A DNA stretch of 64,000 nt from Squalus acanthias. Taxonomy: Eukaryota. The stretch lies in contig CM059430.1 of NCBI GenBank assembly GCA_030390025.1, forward strand, positions 4,030,001 through 4,094,000. The letters run 5' to 3'. A model generated the notes under the pieces. The model searched no databases and was not told the DNA's origin. It saw only the letters and a program-made list of their open reading frames with translations. Within the stretch, counting starts at the first letter, position 1, and each line of letters begins with the position of its first letter. Positions 11,636 to 23,666 of the stretch are shown piece after piece. The position numbers were made by a program, and so were the translations under genes.

Positions 11636-11659
11636 GGGGGTGGGGGGGCCGTGGCAGAG

Positions 11660-11985
11660 AAGCGGACGGTGTTGATGCAGTAGGTTAGACGCTGACTTTT
11701 CCTCCAGTACGTAGGTTCAAATCCAGCTCATGCTGATGGAATGAAAGTCTGGCTGTAAAAGGTCCTTTGTGGAATGTGTTTTATAAGGCATGGATCTACA
11801 ATGCAAAATGTTCCTGAAATAAGCGCTAATTGATAATCTCAATCAAAGGTCAAAGGGTGGCTGGTACAGGAAATGGGAAAACGGTCACGTTGTGCAATAG
11901 GGGGTTACTCTTTTGTGATTGGGGCTGAAATATGTCGGGACAGAGTAGGGGATAGCTTATTTCTGCATCTGGTTAAGCTATACCG
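11660..11985 (+). mobile_element. Decayed SINE resembling LF-SINE
   Basis: B box GGTTCAAATCCAGCTCA, then GAAAGTC, GCxCTAATTG..ATCTCA and GGGGCTGA..GGGACAGAGTAGGGGATAGCTT, in the order I recall for LF-SINE. Family assignment is from memory. Confidence 0.45.
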
Positions 11986-12127
11986 GATTTGGGAATGCTT
12001 GATGTTGACACAGAGTGCGATAAATAGGAAAAGTTCCACTCCCTAGCCTGACGAGCACAAAATTAAAAAAAGCAGGACATCTTTCTTTGTTGAGTGTCAA
12101 GCCCATCGATTGAACGTCGACTTTGCA

Positions 12128-12332
12128 GGAATAATTTTCTGACTTTGCCCCTGCCAGCGGGAAGTCTCGTCCACCACTAGTGCACAGCGGAAACTCAGGC
12201 ATGTGAGGTGCACGATTTCCCAACCATTATTTCAAATGACTGGAAAATCGTGCACAGCGCCTGTTAAATTTTTAATATGCTCAACTGACGGGTGAGGCTC
12301 CCTGCCTGCAGCGCAAGCTCAGAAAATGACCT
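12128..12332. mobile_element. Short MITE-like element
   Basis: Imperfect TIRs (ATTTTCTGACTTTGC / GCAAGCTCAGAAAAT) and an internal inverted repeat GTGCACGATTTCC..GGAAAATCGTGCAC. Confidence 0.55.
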
Positions 12333-15113
12333 CTTCAAGGCCAGTAGCATTATCTCTTGGATTGAAAACTAGAAAGAAATACTTGATTTGTTTTGATTTT
12401 TAATGAGATTCATCACGTTAGGGTCAAGGTTTGTCTAGATAAAAGGTAAACTATGAAGACATTCTGTTGTAGACTCTTTTTAAATGCGTTCAGACACTAA
12501 ACAAACATTGAAAGAATGAATTTGCAGTTAATTCTTGGCTCAGCAGTCAATGCTTAAAAGAACTTTTACAGTTTATAAAACTTCCTATGCTGGATACAAT
12601 ACTTCACTTCCAGCCTGGGAATTCTTCCAACAGCCTTAGGATACTCCTTGTTCTAACAACCCAAGGTAAGCATGGGCTGTGATCCAACAGGTGGAGACAC
12701 CATCACAGCTCGCGTGGACAGGTTAAAAGAAAGGCTCCGCTCTAATCTTATTCAATTTACTCCACAACTAAACTAAACCAAAATGGGTCTTAAGGTTACA
12801 AAGGTTTGTGTGTTCATGAAACAGCCAAGGCAGAAAATCAATGCATTAGGAAAACAGCAAAATCTGGTGCTGTGGGTGAAGTCTACAGGAGTTCAATAAA
12901 TCCAGCCTTTGGATGTCACCATTCAGTGTCATCACTTGTACAGAACATCAACAAATATCACTTGGATGCAATTCCATGGAAGACAGCCCTGTCAGAGATA
13001 ACGCTTTATTGAAAAGATGCAGATTTAGAGCCGTCTGGAAAACTGAATCTGAGATGTGAGGCAATCTTCGGAGAGATTATCTTAACTCTTAAAGCGACAG
13101 CCACAACAGTTGTTGTGTTAACCACATCCAGTTCTCGTTTATTTAGCAGGGCAAGGGTTAAAAGGTCTCCTGAGTACTTGGAGTTTCCATAACAAGACTA
13201 ATATAAGTTAATGAGGATACTGCACGCATTTTGTTAGAACTATTTTGAAGGAGGTAAAACAAGGGCTGGTGGTCCATTCAATTGTGGAACTGTACAAACA
13301 TGCACACCCAAACATTAGTAAATGTGTGTAACTACTTTTTTTAAAATTGCTTTTTTAAAATTGTATTAAGACGTTGAAAAAGCTGTATATGCTAAGCAGC
13401 AATTTATCTATTTCCCATGCCTTTATACTTCAGGTATGGTGAAGGCAAACTGAACTATTAACAACTCTGACTGTTAAAAGTCAATCAGCAACTTAATCCA
13501 GGTGGAATTCAACTGCACGGAACTCTTCTTTGTACTGAAGGAGAATGCCAGTTAAAAGCTGCTTGTCACTTACTCTGCACAAGTGACTCAACAGGTTTTA
13601 CTGCTGCTCCTTGGAATGGATCTGAACTTTGAAGAAACAAAATTACAATATTTCCACAAAATTACAAAAATGCTTAGCAGTGGAATTAGTAGAAAGGCTC
13701 ATAGAAACAGTAAATCTCTGGCATCAGAAACAGTATTTTACAGATAGTTTAGGACTATCCCAAAATCAACATGTAAAACTAGTAAAAGTCTTCTAACTGT
13801 CCTCACCATTTGATACAATCTATCTGGCACTGCCACTGACCAACAATTCTAGTAAGCAAACTCGCTGGGGATACATGTTTTAAAAATATATAATTTATTA
13901 AAATTTGTATTCATGACAAAGGCTCTTTAGAGTTAATGCTATTGATCACCAGTTTTCAAGTTATATTTTAAGTCACTCTAGCCAACTGCAGCCACCAAAT
14001 AGCCCAGTTGAGCTGGTGAACAGACAACCTGATCCCAGGCCTCAGGCACCACCGGTTAAGGAAACAGCTGTTAAGAATTGAGGTTTGCACAGTATTTGAT
14101 TCTCTTCCCGCCTTCTCCCTCGGAGGAAGCACCCCACTCTGTTCAGCAATCCCTGCTGCTCGCTGCTACCCGAGATGGTTGGGCTGAGATCAGGAACTTG
14201 CCCCGTGAGGAAATTCTGTTAAATTTCCACTCTTAGAGAATCACACTGCAACACAGTGCTGCATTTTATAAAAAAATATATATATATATTAGAATAACTT
14301 ACAGTTACACATTATCATAATCATAGATCCATAAAATATATTAGATTTTTTTTGAACAGGCCCCAGATGAAGCCTATCTAAAAAAATAACCAAAAAAAGG
14401 CAAATAATGTTCATTTTTTAAAAATATGAATGTTGCCTTTTTATGCAGAAAGTACAGAATCCTGTAGAGACAAAAGCCGACAGCGACATTTCCTGAAACC
14501 AATGCAAATGATTTGGAGGATCAAGTTGAAGGGCTACAGTTCACCAGTGTGAGATCGCCTGAATAAAGTATGTCTAAGTCCTTTGAAGCCCACTGATTCA
14601 GTTTCGTGGCCTCTAACCAGTTTGTCCCGGGGGGCCTAATTCTGATCTGCGAGCTGCCTGCCCTGACACACTCATCTCAGGTGACCAGGTTTCCTGCATT
14701 TTTTCCGGCCTTGTCTCTAAAAGCCATTCATTAAAGGGATCCTATTCCATGCACACCGAAGAAAATATTGTCTTGTATCGTCTTAATGGGGAATAATTAT
14801 AAGGTACATATTCACAATAGGGTACACCAGAGGCAAGAAAAAAAAACACACAGGGGAAGGAACAAAGAGGCCCATAATTATCAGCCTATTTTTCCCAATA
14901 TAATAGATAGCAGCATTTGGTTACATGCGTGGATTAAAAGTCACCTTCTTTCTTTATTCTTATTGTTATACTATATTGTCAGGGTGTTGCAGTGGCTTCA
15001 GTTACATACAAAGGCCCTTCCCCAACAGAAATAAACAAAAAGGGAAACCGAAAGTCTAGGACATAGGACTGAATCCTGTGGTTAACACCTTCACTTAATG
15101 CTGGGTTTATCAC

Positions 15114-15381
15114 CTGCCCCACTGTAAATTTGTACGACAGGGTCTCAGCACCCAACTTTTGATCCAAATATTTCTAGAACTATTGAATTACAGTATGCAA
15201 TAGGTCACAATTGTTGGTTAGTGTAAGACTATTTGCAGCTGAAGTGGAAAAGAACAGTTGATCCCAGTCGGACCAAGCTGGAGTGTACTTCCACAGACAG
15301 CTCTGTCCCCACTCGTGTCGAGATTCCTGGCTCCTTATTCTGTTGCGTCTCTGCCTGGCGCAGTTCGAATTCGGGCTACTT
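15114..15381 (-). other. Candidate exon of the host gene (probably 5' UTR)
   Basis: Acceptor ttttatggattttag|AAG at 15381 and moderate donor CAG|GTGATA at 15114. A non-repeat block with higher GC and retained CpGs in AT-rich surroundings. All frames stop inside. Confidence 0.35.
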
Positions 15382-16357
15382 CTAAAATCCATAAAACTTT
15401 TCATTGTTTCTCATGTTAATAGTATTTCAGAAATCCCAACAGCCACTTGGAAAAAAAGCAGGTTATTGGAAAGTGATTGTCGTGCTATTTTTCCTGTACT
15501 CTATCCTTCACTTGTGTATGTCTTATGGGTCAGAAGTTAGTGACAGGGTGATATGTTGTTTAAAATTTGATAATATAGCCTCTCAATGTGTCGGTATCGT
15601 CACATTGCGCATGAAATAATGGCCTAATACTGGCTAAGTGACACAATACAGCAGCCAGTTCAAACTAAAGCATCCAGTATACAATGAAATCCAACAGTGG
15701 CTTGAAAATTGAAGTCTGAATGTACTGGGAGAACACTTTCTTTGCAAAACGAATGGAATTTCAGAGTAAGACTGGAATGTGGCTAGGAATGAAAACATGC
15801 AATGTGACTAACAGAAATAAAGGTGATTAAATGTGGATTTGCGGTCGGTGCTTTGATGCCTATTGAGTTGAGGTACTCGACATCTCTCTGGGGCAGGTAA
15901 GGTATGGGTCAGAAGGAATCAAAAAACAGCCATCACACTTTCCTGGCTCTGTTTGAACCTGGAACTCCAATCAGATTGAATATACTTGTCTGCTGGCCAA
16001 CACAAATTGGACAGAATTCAACTCCAAATGATGGCAGTGTGCATTAAAATGGTTCCAAGTTCACCTGGATGAGAACAATGTCACAGTAAAACTAAACGTT
16101 ACCAAGACAGGCACAAGTGGTGTGCCCTATGTTAAGCTGAGCATTTATGCATAATATAAAACCTTCAACTGGAAGTCCAAGTGATGGCATAAACCAAGGA
16201 TGTGAACACAATACAAAAAGCTGGAAAAAGAACCACCAAAGCTGATCCGCTCCAGCTTTAGCAGTGCTCACAATCTAGGGAGGAGCTACTCTCAAGATCT
16301 CCAGAGACACAAAGGACTTGAAAATGATTAAATACATTTGAAACACTGAAACATATA

Positions 16358-18097
16358 GGAGGGGGGGGGGGGGGGAATTTTCCGGGGGGTCAGCGGGCGC
16401 GATCAGTGGTGGGTCAGGTGGGAAAATGTTTTTTTTTGACAACGGGTCGGGACCGCACTGTCAACCCGCCGCCACGCGCCTTTCCCAAATGTCAGGTCTC
16501 TCAACACTGAGCAGACCCGACACGCAGCGGCGGGGGAGGCAATTCAGGTCATTATGACCTTGTTAACAGAGGATTAAGAACTATTTTCAGCTCACCTTTA
16601 GAGTTTACCAGGTCGCCCACAGGGTCCACGCTGCTCAGGGATCACGTCAGGTAAGCAGGGCGGGAGTTGAATGGCCATGGAATCATCTCATTACTTGACA
16701 GCTGCAAATGTACTATAAAAGCTCCCATCTCACAGCTGTTCACTTTCCAAGCTCAGAAGCTGTTGCTTACTGCATTTGGATTGAGCTTTATGCAGGTTGG
16801 AAGTGTTTGGAGCAAACTCTCTATCCAGTGTCACCTCATTGGAACAACCTCTCTCACCATTGACAGATTACTTCTGTCATCTCAAGTTCACCTGCCATCT
16901 ACTGCATCAGCATGGGTACGGTTTATACTGTCTCACCTTGGTCCTCAGAATTCCACCACCAGCAGCACCAACAACACCAACCTTCTGCACAATCAACTGA
17001 TGATGCACAGGACAGAGGGCATCAGCACCCGAGCACATTGCTGCCCGGGACGCCAGGGATGGCCTCACCATGGCCACATTTACTTCACTTGATGCTGTAC
17101 ACCCTGGCTGCCACATGATGTGTCAGGTTGGCATCACCCCACACCAACACCATAAAGCATCCCTATAATGTCCAAGCCATTCCTTTCACACTCATCAGCA
17201 TTGCGGGGGGTACCGTTATGTCTCACCATTCACTGCAACTCACCAAGCCATTTCCAAAGGTGCACACAAATCTGTCCAAGAACGCAAAGTGTTGAAAATA
17301 AAGATTTCAATGTTTGACAACACATTAACAGAAACTTTACATGAACATTGCATAAAACACCCAAGTGCCTACCCTTGTGTGTTGTTAGTTGTTATGATTG
17401 CACTAGGGTGAGCGCGAGTGTGAGGGATGGCTAGTGAGATGGGGAAGTGATAATGTAGATAGAGAGGGATGGGTGGAGGTGCAAGGTAAGTTGGTGTGAG
17501 TAAGGATGTGTAGGAGTAGGGTAGGGAAGGCAGAGTGATGGGGATGTGATGAGTGGCACAGCAGGATGAGGTTGAGTGTGGCTTTGCAGTAACATTTCGT
17601 GATCTACTGAGATCATTGAAAGGTTTGCGCCACTGCAGCCTGGTCCTCCTGATGATATCCCTGCTTGTGCCCTCCTGTGCAATGTGCAACCAGGCTGCGT
17701 TGGTCTCCTGGGGAGGTCTCTTCCGCCCATTGGAAGGGAAGAGAACCTCCCTGCGTGCTGTGACTCCCTCCATAAGCATATGGAGGGAGTCATGGGAGAG
17801 CCTGGGTGCAGCCGTGCACCTCTGTGCAGTGCTTGTCAGTGTTTGCAGCACCTCAATGCTGTAGAACACTGACAGCAATAATGTCAAAATCAATTTGCGC
17901 ATGGTCCCTTTATGGAAACTGGCTGATGACGTGTCATCAAATGACATCATCACACCAGCTTCCTCTAATTGGCTGGCAAACGCGCTGGGCGGGCTTAACA
18001 AGGCCAATCAGGGGAAAATCATTTTGGACAGCAGGCTGGAGTCGGCAGTGAGGCCGGGACCCGCCACGGACCTGCCGAGGTTGGTAACATCCAGCCC
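16358..18097. mobile_element. Internally deleted PIF/Harbinger DNA transposon
   Basis: Termini GG..GGAATTTTCC and GGTAACATCCAGCCC, ATA on both flanks (possible 3-bp TSD), and a Myb/SANT-like ORF on the - strand. Confidence 0.75.
17585..17830 (-). pseudogene. Harbinger Myb/SANT-like DNA-binding domain (NAIF1/MSANTD-like) remnant within ORF 17369-18007
   Basis: APRLSHDSLHMLMEGVTARREVLF..NAAWLHIAQEG..RRTRLQWRKPFNDL matches the trihelix Myb pattern (PRFS..L..L..V..LF..AW..IA..R...Q.RK.FNDL) with several core substitutions. Confidence 0.8.
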
Positions 18098-18127
18098 ATA
18101 ATGTTTGCTTCAGTAAACAATAGACTA

Positions 18128-18190
18128 TACAACAGCAACTTGCATTTATATAGAGCCTTTAGCATACTGAACTACCTAAGGAACTTAACA
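18128..18190 (-). mobile_element. L2/SINE 3' tail scrap
   Basis: CAACTTGCATTTATATAGAGCCTTT is the reverse complement of the L2/Deu-SINE tail. Confidence 0.55.
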
Positions 18191-19634
18191 TACTGTACTG
18201 CTGTGTTGTTAATTAGAAACTTACTGATAATTTTATAAAATTCTTATTACTGTTATGCACACCACTTCTGAATTTGAGTTTGTGTATATTAAAGCCAGTT
18301 GCTTCATTGTCTTACACAGTACATTGATGCAATGCTGCCACATCCCATTGTGCTTCACTCACAAACCTCACAGGTCTCGAACTGCTTTAGTTATTTTATC
18401 CCATCAGTCCAAAGATAGATACGGAAAAGTTGAACTTGTGGTCTTACACCAAACCCAGTTACTATTCTGACTCAGTAGCAGGCCATTCCCAGATGCTAAG
18501 CTGATGAGGTCATATAGCTCCCTCTTTGAATCTCTAGTGGTAGATGTGAAGGATACATCAATTGCCAGGCCCTACATTTCAGGCCTCAATAATAATGCTG
18601 CAAAAATGTGTTCAAGTCAGTAAAAGCCCCAGAACACGTTTTTAACTGACCAGGCTCACACCTTGAAGAAGATAGTTTCCAAAATCAGCCCATATTTACT
18701 GGTTCTGCTTTACTACTTTGTTAAAGAATCTAGCTGCAGATAGACTCATGGGAGGCAGATAGCTTTTTAAACACCATTCAATTAAGTATCATTGTTCAAT
18801 TAAATCAGCTTCCACGTACAGTATTTCTCAGCAAAAGGGGCTTTTCCTACATGCGCTTGAACTAACGCTTAACTGCAACAGTTACATTAAGGCATGAAAA
18901 TCCCATTTACCTGTTCTTCTTAGATAAACTGTCCAGTCCACAAAATGAGATTTAGATATTATGGTCAACATTCACTCTCTGTGTGTGTAGAGAGGATTTG
19001 ATTCTGTTTATGGGTGCATCCTTTCTTTAGTTAAAAATACACAGGTACGCTATATAAAAGATACTATGAATATGTACTATTCATTTACAATGGCCATAGA
19101 TGGTGCTAATTAATGAAGGTCAAAATGGATCATTACAAACAGTTATGTTTTTGTATTTCAAATAGGTGGGAATCTGCAACACATGTTTTCTAAAATAAAG
19201 TATGAAGAATGGGACACACAGAAACTGCAAAGTATAGGCACTGTAAATAAACTCCAAAGTCCAGAGGTGCAACTACGTATAAAGACTTAGGAGGGGTGGT
19301 CATAGGAAATGTTGGGATTTGGAGTGGGTAAGTGGAGGCGAAGAGAAAGAGGTGGGTGTAATCCGTGCATGTATGCCAGAGTTCAATGCAGAATAAGTCT
19401 TTACACTGATCACTGTTTATGGAAATAGTGTTACTCTAAGTACTTTCCTTTAAGTTTCCAATTTATAGGAAGGGCTACACTTGATTACTTGAATGAGGAA
19501 GATGCCCCAATCAACAAGTGACAATCATCAGAAGTGGGTTATAAAAAGTCTTTTTTTTAATAAAAGTCTGTTATGTCACAAACAGTGATCTTGCTCTTGA
19601 ATTACAAAAGCTAGGTGGATTGACAGGGATACTG

Positions 19635-19878
19635 GCCTTAGTCATTGTGATTTCCTAGAGTGTGTTTGATCGGCCACGGGGGTCGGAGAGGAATTTGCCA
19701 GCGTTTTTTCCTAAATTTTCCAATGTTTTTTCTGTTTTTTTTGTTACCTATCCCAGGAGATTGCATGTGTGTGTGTGTGTGAGAGAGAACATGGTGTGAG
19801 CAGGTTGCACCATATGGTGCGGGACAGGCTTGATGAACCAGCTGGTCTTTTCCCATCCTCTTTTTTATGCGTTCATAA
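19635..19878 (+). mobile_element. Probable CR1-group 3' UTR fragment with short (GT)n/(GA)n
   Basis: Ends GGGACAGGCTTGATGAACCAGCTGGTCTTTTCCC..TATGCGTTCATA, a CR1-like terminal hairpin and tail. A similar tail lies on the - strand at 45133-45185. Confidence 0.5.
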
Positions 19879-21757
19879 TTAAGATATCCATCATAACCAA
19901 ATCAAGAAGGTTGATTACCCTAACAAAATACACTCTGCAGGAAGGGCAATATTATTAATATTCTTGTGCTGGATAAGTGCTCCACTCTGTAGAGATACTG
20001 GTTTGTCCTGGGCACCACCACACAGAAGAATTTCCACTCCAAATGGTTGAAAAATGCCCAACATCAAGTTTCTAAAACAAAAAGGCTACGGACAACTTCT
20101 ACTATTTGCAAGGTATTTGTATCTATTGCTACATCACAAGTTGACTGCCGGCAGCACAATGCTCTTACAGCTTATGGTATGTCATTGTTTCAGGACGTTC
20201 AGATTTACTCGCTGCTGGCACAGATATTGAACTGTTCATTCTGCAAACTAGAAAAATCATTTGGAAAAAGACAAATTACTAAATGGGCAAGAGCTAAACA
20301 GAAAATGGTAAATAATGCTCGACTTTGGAAAAGTTGAAGCATCTGGAGTACAATTTGCATAAAGCATGCGCCAAACTCAAGTAACTCATTAAGAAAACAA
20401 ATGGAAGAATCTGATCAGATATTATATTGGAATTTGTTCCTGTACCCAACACAATGATAACAACATTTTGGCTGAGTGTGGAGTCACAAGGGCATTTACC
20501 TCCTTGTGATGCCACACTCAGCCATGTAATCAAATGAACCTGATTAGACAAAAGATTACTTTTGTTGTCACCTTTTTATAGGAGTGCTGTAAATGACAGG
20601 TGTATGTAGTGCAGGATCTTATGAGAATAAAACTAGTTACTGAACAAAAATAAGGAATGAAAGTCAAGTGATGTATCACCTCACTGCGTCCAGAGGATTG
20701 GTTGAGAGATACATCTCACTGTGCATATTGAACCAACATAAAATGGTACGTGTAGAAATGTTAGTATATCTACATTTTAAAAGCCATTCATTATGATCAA
20801 TCTAGGAGCTGATTTTCTTTAAACTACTGCTCAAGTATGAAGGAACAAAATACTGCTGCTTTTGAAAAATAATTGGAAGGAAAATGGGCTGTAATGGTAA
20901 TTTGTTACCCAATGGGTTAACCAACAATACTACACAGGTTCCTTGTTAAAATTACCTCCATTAATTCAGAAGCTCTCATTAATCCACAAAATGTTCAACT
21001 GATACCGGTGTCATTTCTACTGTATATGGGACTTATTTAGTCAACATACTTGTTCAATTTACTTCAACAAATGTGGTCAGATTGTAAATCATCGCTGCAC
21101 TTACATTTTAATGAGCAATGAATATTAATGAATTACAGTTATCCCACACCTATAAAGCAACTTTTTAAGACTACTCCAGAAGCTGCACCATCTCTTCCGG
21201 GTTCCCATTACAAAATCAAGGTTCGCCTGTGAGGTTTTACAAGAAACTTAGAGTAACATGGAAACATCAGAACGAAACATAAAAGTTAAATAAATAAATA
21301 AATGACTTTGGGCACAGCAAGACCACCTTAAGGTTTCAGTTATATATTCCATTTATTAGTAGGTTATAGGCTGGTTTCCCTGAGCTGCCTGTCAAGCTGT
21401 CAGAATGAGATGGGCCCCAGGCTTACTACATTTGCTAGTGAGAGCTGAACAATCACCTGAATGGAAGTGGCGCTCTGCCTATCCTTTGTTTGCCCTAGGC
21501 CCACTTCTCTTTGCCAATGTTTGCTGCACCTGAGTACTTGTAACCTGTACCACAGACTAAAATAGGATTTGGCACAGGGCCTACTACTTCAGTACAGCGA
21601 CTGGCTCAGAAAGTCTTTTCTTGTACCTTTGTACAGAAATAACTATCAAGAATGTTAGAAACCCTTTAGATGTATTGAAAATGTGTACCATGGCTCAGCA
21701 AAAGCACAGCCACTTCTAATAATGTTGCAGGCCTTGAGTGTTTTGTGTCACAATAGA

Positions 21758-21840
21758 CAACAACAACTTGTATTTATATAGCGCCTTTAATGTAGTAAAA
21801 CGTCCCAAGGCGCGTCACAGGAGTGTAATAAGACAAAGTG
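21758..21840 (-). mobile_element. L2 LINE 3' end
   Basis: CAACAACAACTTGTATTTATATAGCGCCTTTAATGTAGTAAAACGTCCCAAGGCGC matches the reverse complement of 31615-31675. Confidence 0.8.
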
Positions 21841-23531
21841 TAAAATTGTTATTCCCCCCCCCCCCCCCGCCCACCATGTACCCGCAAGGCAGTTTCTTCT
21901 TTTAAGACTCGCAGCTGATCGTCACTTTTCAAATTGGTCACAAATGTTTGAAGCCTGGAAATGAGTATTTCTGGGCACTGCCACAACATTAAATGAGTAC
22001 CAATACAGACAGATGGTCAGATATATGCGATAGCATTAAAATGGAACAGAGCTGCCATTCTTCTTGTAATGACAAAATGATGATTACTAACTGAGGAATT
22101 TGTTTATGTAACCTGAATTCACCACCCTTTCCAGCTGGAGAAAAAGGAAGACATACGAGGATACTTGGCATCACGTTGCAAGACTGACAACAACAAGCAC
22201 AAACTGGCTACTGAATTCACACCATTTGGCAGCAAGTCAGAATATGTGAATACACTTCTGTGTGGTAGAAAAATTAAATGTAGTGCATTTATGAATATTT
22301 GATTTGCCAACCTCAGCACAGGTTGTGGCCTATAAGAAGTCGAGTTCCGACAAAATACATACCTTTGTTCTTCAATACTGTAACAATACACGAGAGGTTT
22401 AGGTGGGATAATGATTATATGCCACAATATAATTTTTGATTTGTTTTAAGGATTTTTACATATCTGTTTAAAGTTTCGAATGTGGGTGATAAATGGTCTT
22501 TCACAGGTTATAAAATAGACCATCTTTTTCCACTGAAAAATAAACTTCCTGTGTAAATATGGAGGTCAGTTTAGGGAAATCATATGAGGGAAACTGTGGC
22601 CAACCTCCCTGCAATTCCTAGTTGAAAGAATTTTAAATCCCATATGGTGAATGAAAAGAAGAACTTTCAGGGCCACTTGGGTTGTATGAGGCTGAACTGA
22701 AAGTTTTTCTGAGGGTTGACCACATGAGCAATGGTTGTTTCATGGACCAGTGAAGTCATGTTTTCACTGTGACCCCAGTTTCACTTCCTTATTTCTTTGC
22801 TTTCCTCTTCAGTTGTTCTATTTGCCACAAACCAGAAATACAGGCCTGGAAATATAATCATTCACAAGAAAACTGCTGTGATTTTGAAATGTATTTTCCT
22901 TTGGTTAAAAACTGCATGGCCACATCCTTACTAAGAAAAGAGAAAAAGATAGTCAGGAGAATGTGCAAAGGACAACAAGGGAACCAGACAGATCCAGGTG
23001 GCAAAAAGAGAGTCCCTATAAATTAGTCTTTGGTGATCTACCAGACAGCATGTGAAGTTATTTAATGGGATATAACAGGGTTCTTTGAACTATCGAAGTT
23101 CAGAACTGTAAGAGTTAAAGGGCACATTTTGAACTGCCTCATAGTAAAGGTCAACCCAATACTCCCAGATGTGAACTCATGCATACAATCAAGATGTGAT
23201 GCTAACATCTGTGTATTTTGTTTACCAACCTTCTCAAACCATGTGAAATATCATCTTTCCTACTCTCAAACAACCTCTCCAACCCCGGCTAAGTGTTTCT
23301 TCTGTCGATCACATGTGCAAGAGGTACCCACTATCCTTCTGGCCTGCATGTCTATCACATGGAATCTTGCCATTTCTACAGAAACTAGTCTGCTCAGAAA
23401 TAAAGCAAGCAATACAAATGACATTTTAGCCTAAATTTTTTTCAATCATACAGACAGCCTGTCATCAGTGTATCAGTGGCAGCCAATCTGCAATTATCCA
23501 ATACGCACTGGCGGCGAGCGAGGTATCTCAC

Positions 23532-23666
23532 CACTGGCACATACTCGAAATATGTGCTCTTAGATGACATTCTTCCTTCTTCAGGATCATGCTTTGCAGA
23601 GGCTCCCATTCTACAACATTGCATTATTATCTCTGCTAAAGTCACTTCCCTGTTAAAACCAGTTTC
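23532..23666 (-). other. Candidate 135-nt exon
   Basis: Acceptor ctgaacttttcttctag|G and donor GTG|GTGAGA. Open in phase 0-0 (ETGFNREVTLAEIIMQCCRMGASAKHDPEEGRMSSKSTYFEYVPV). Peptide not recognised. Confidence 0.3.
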
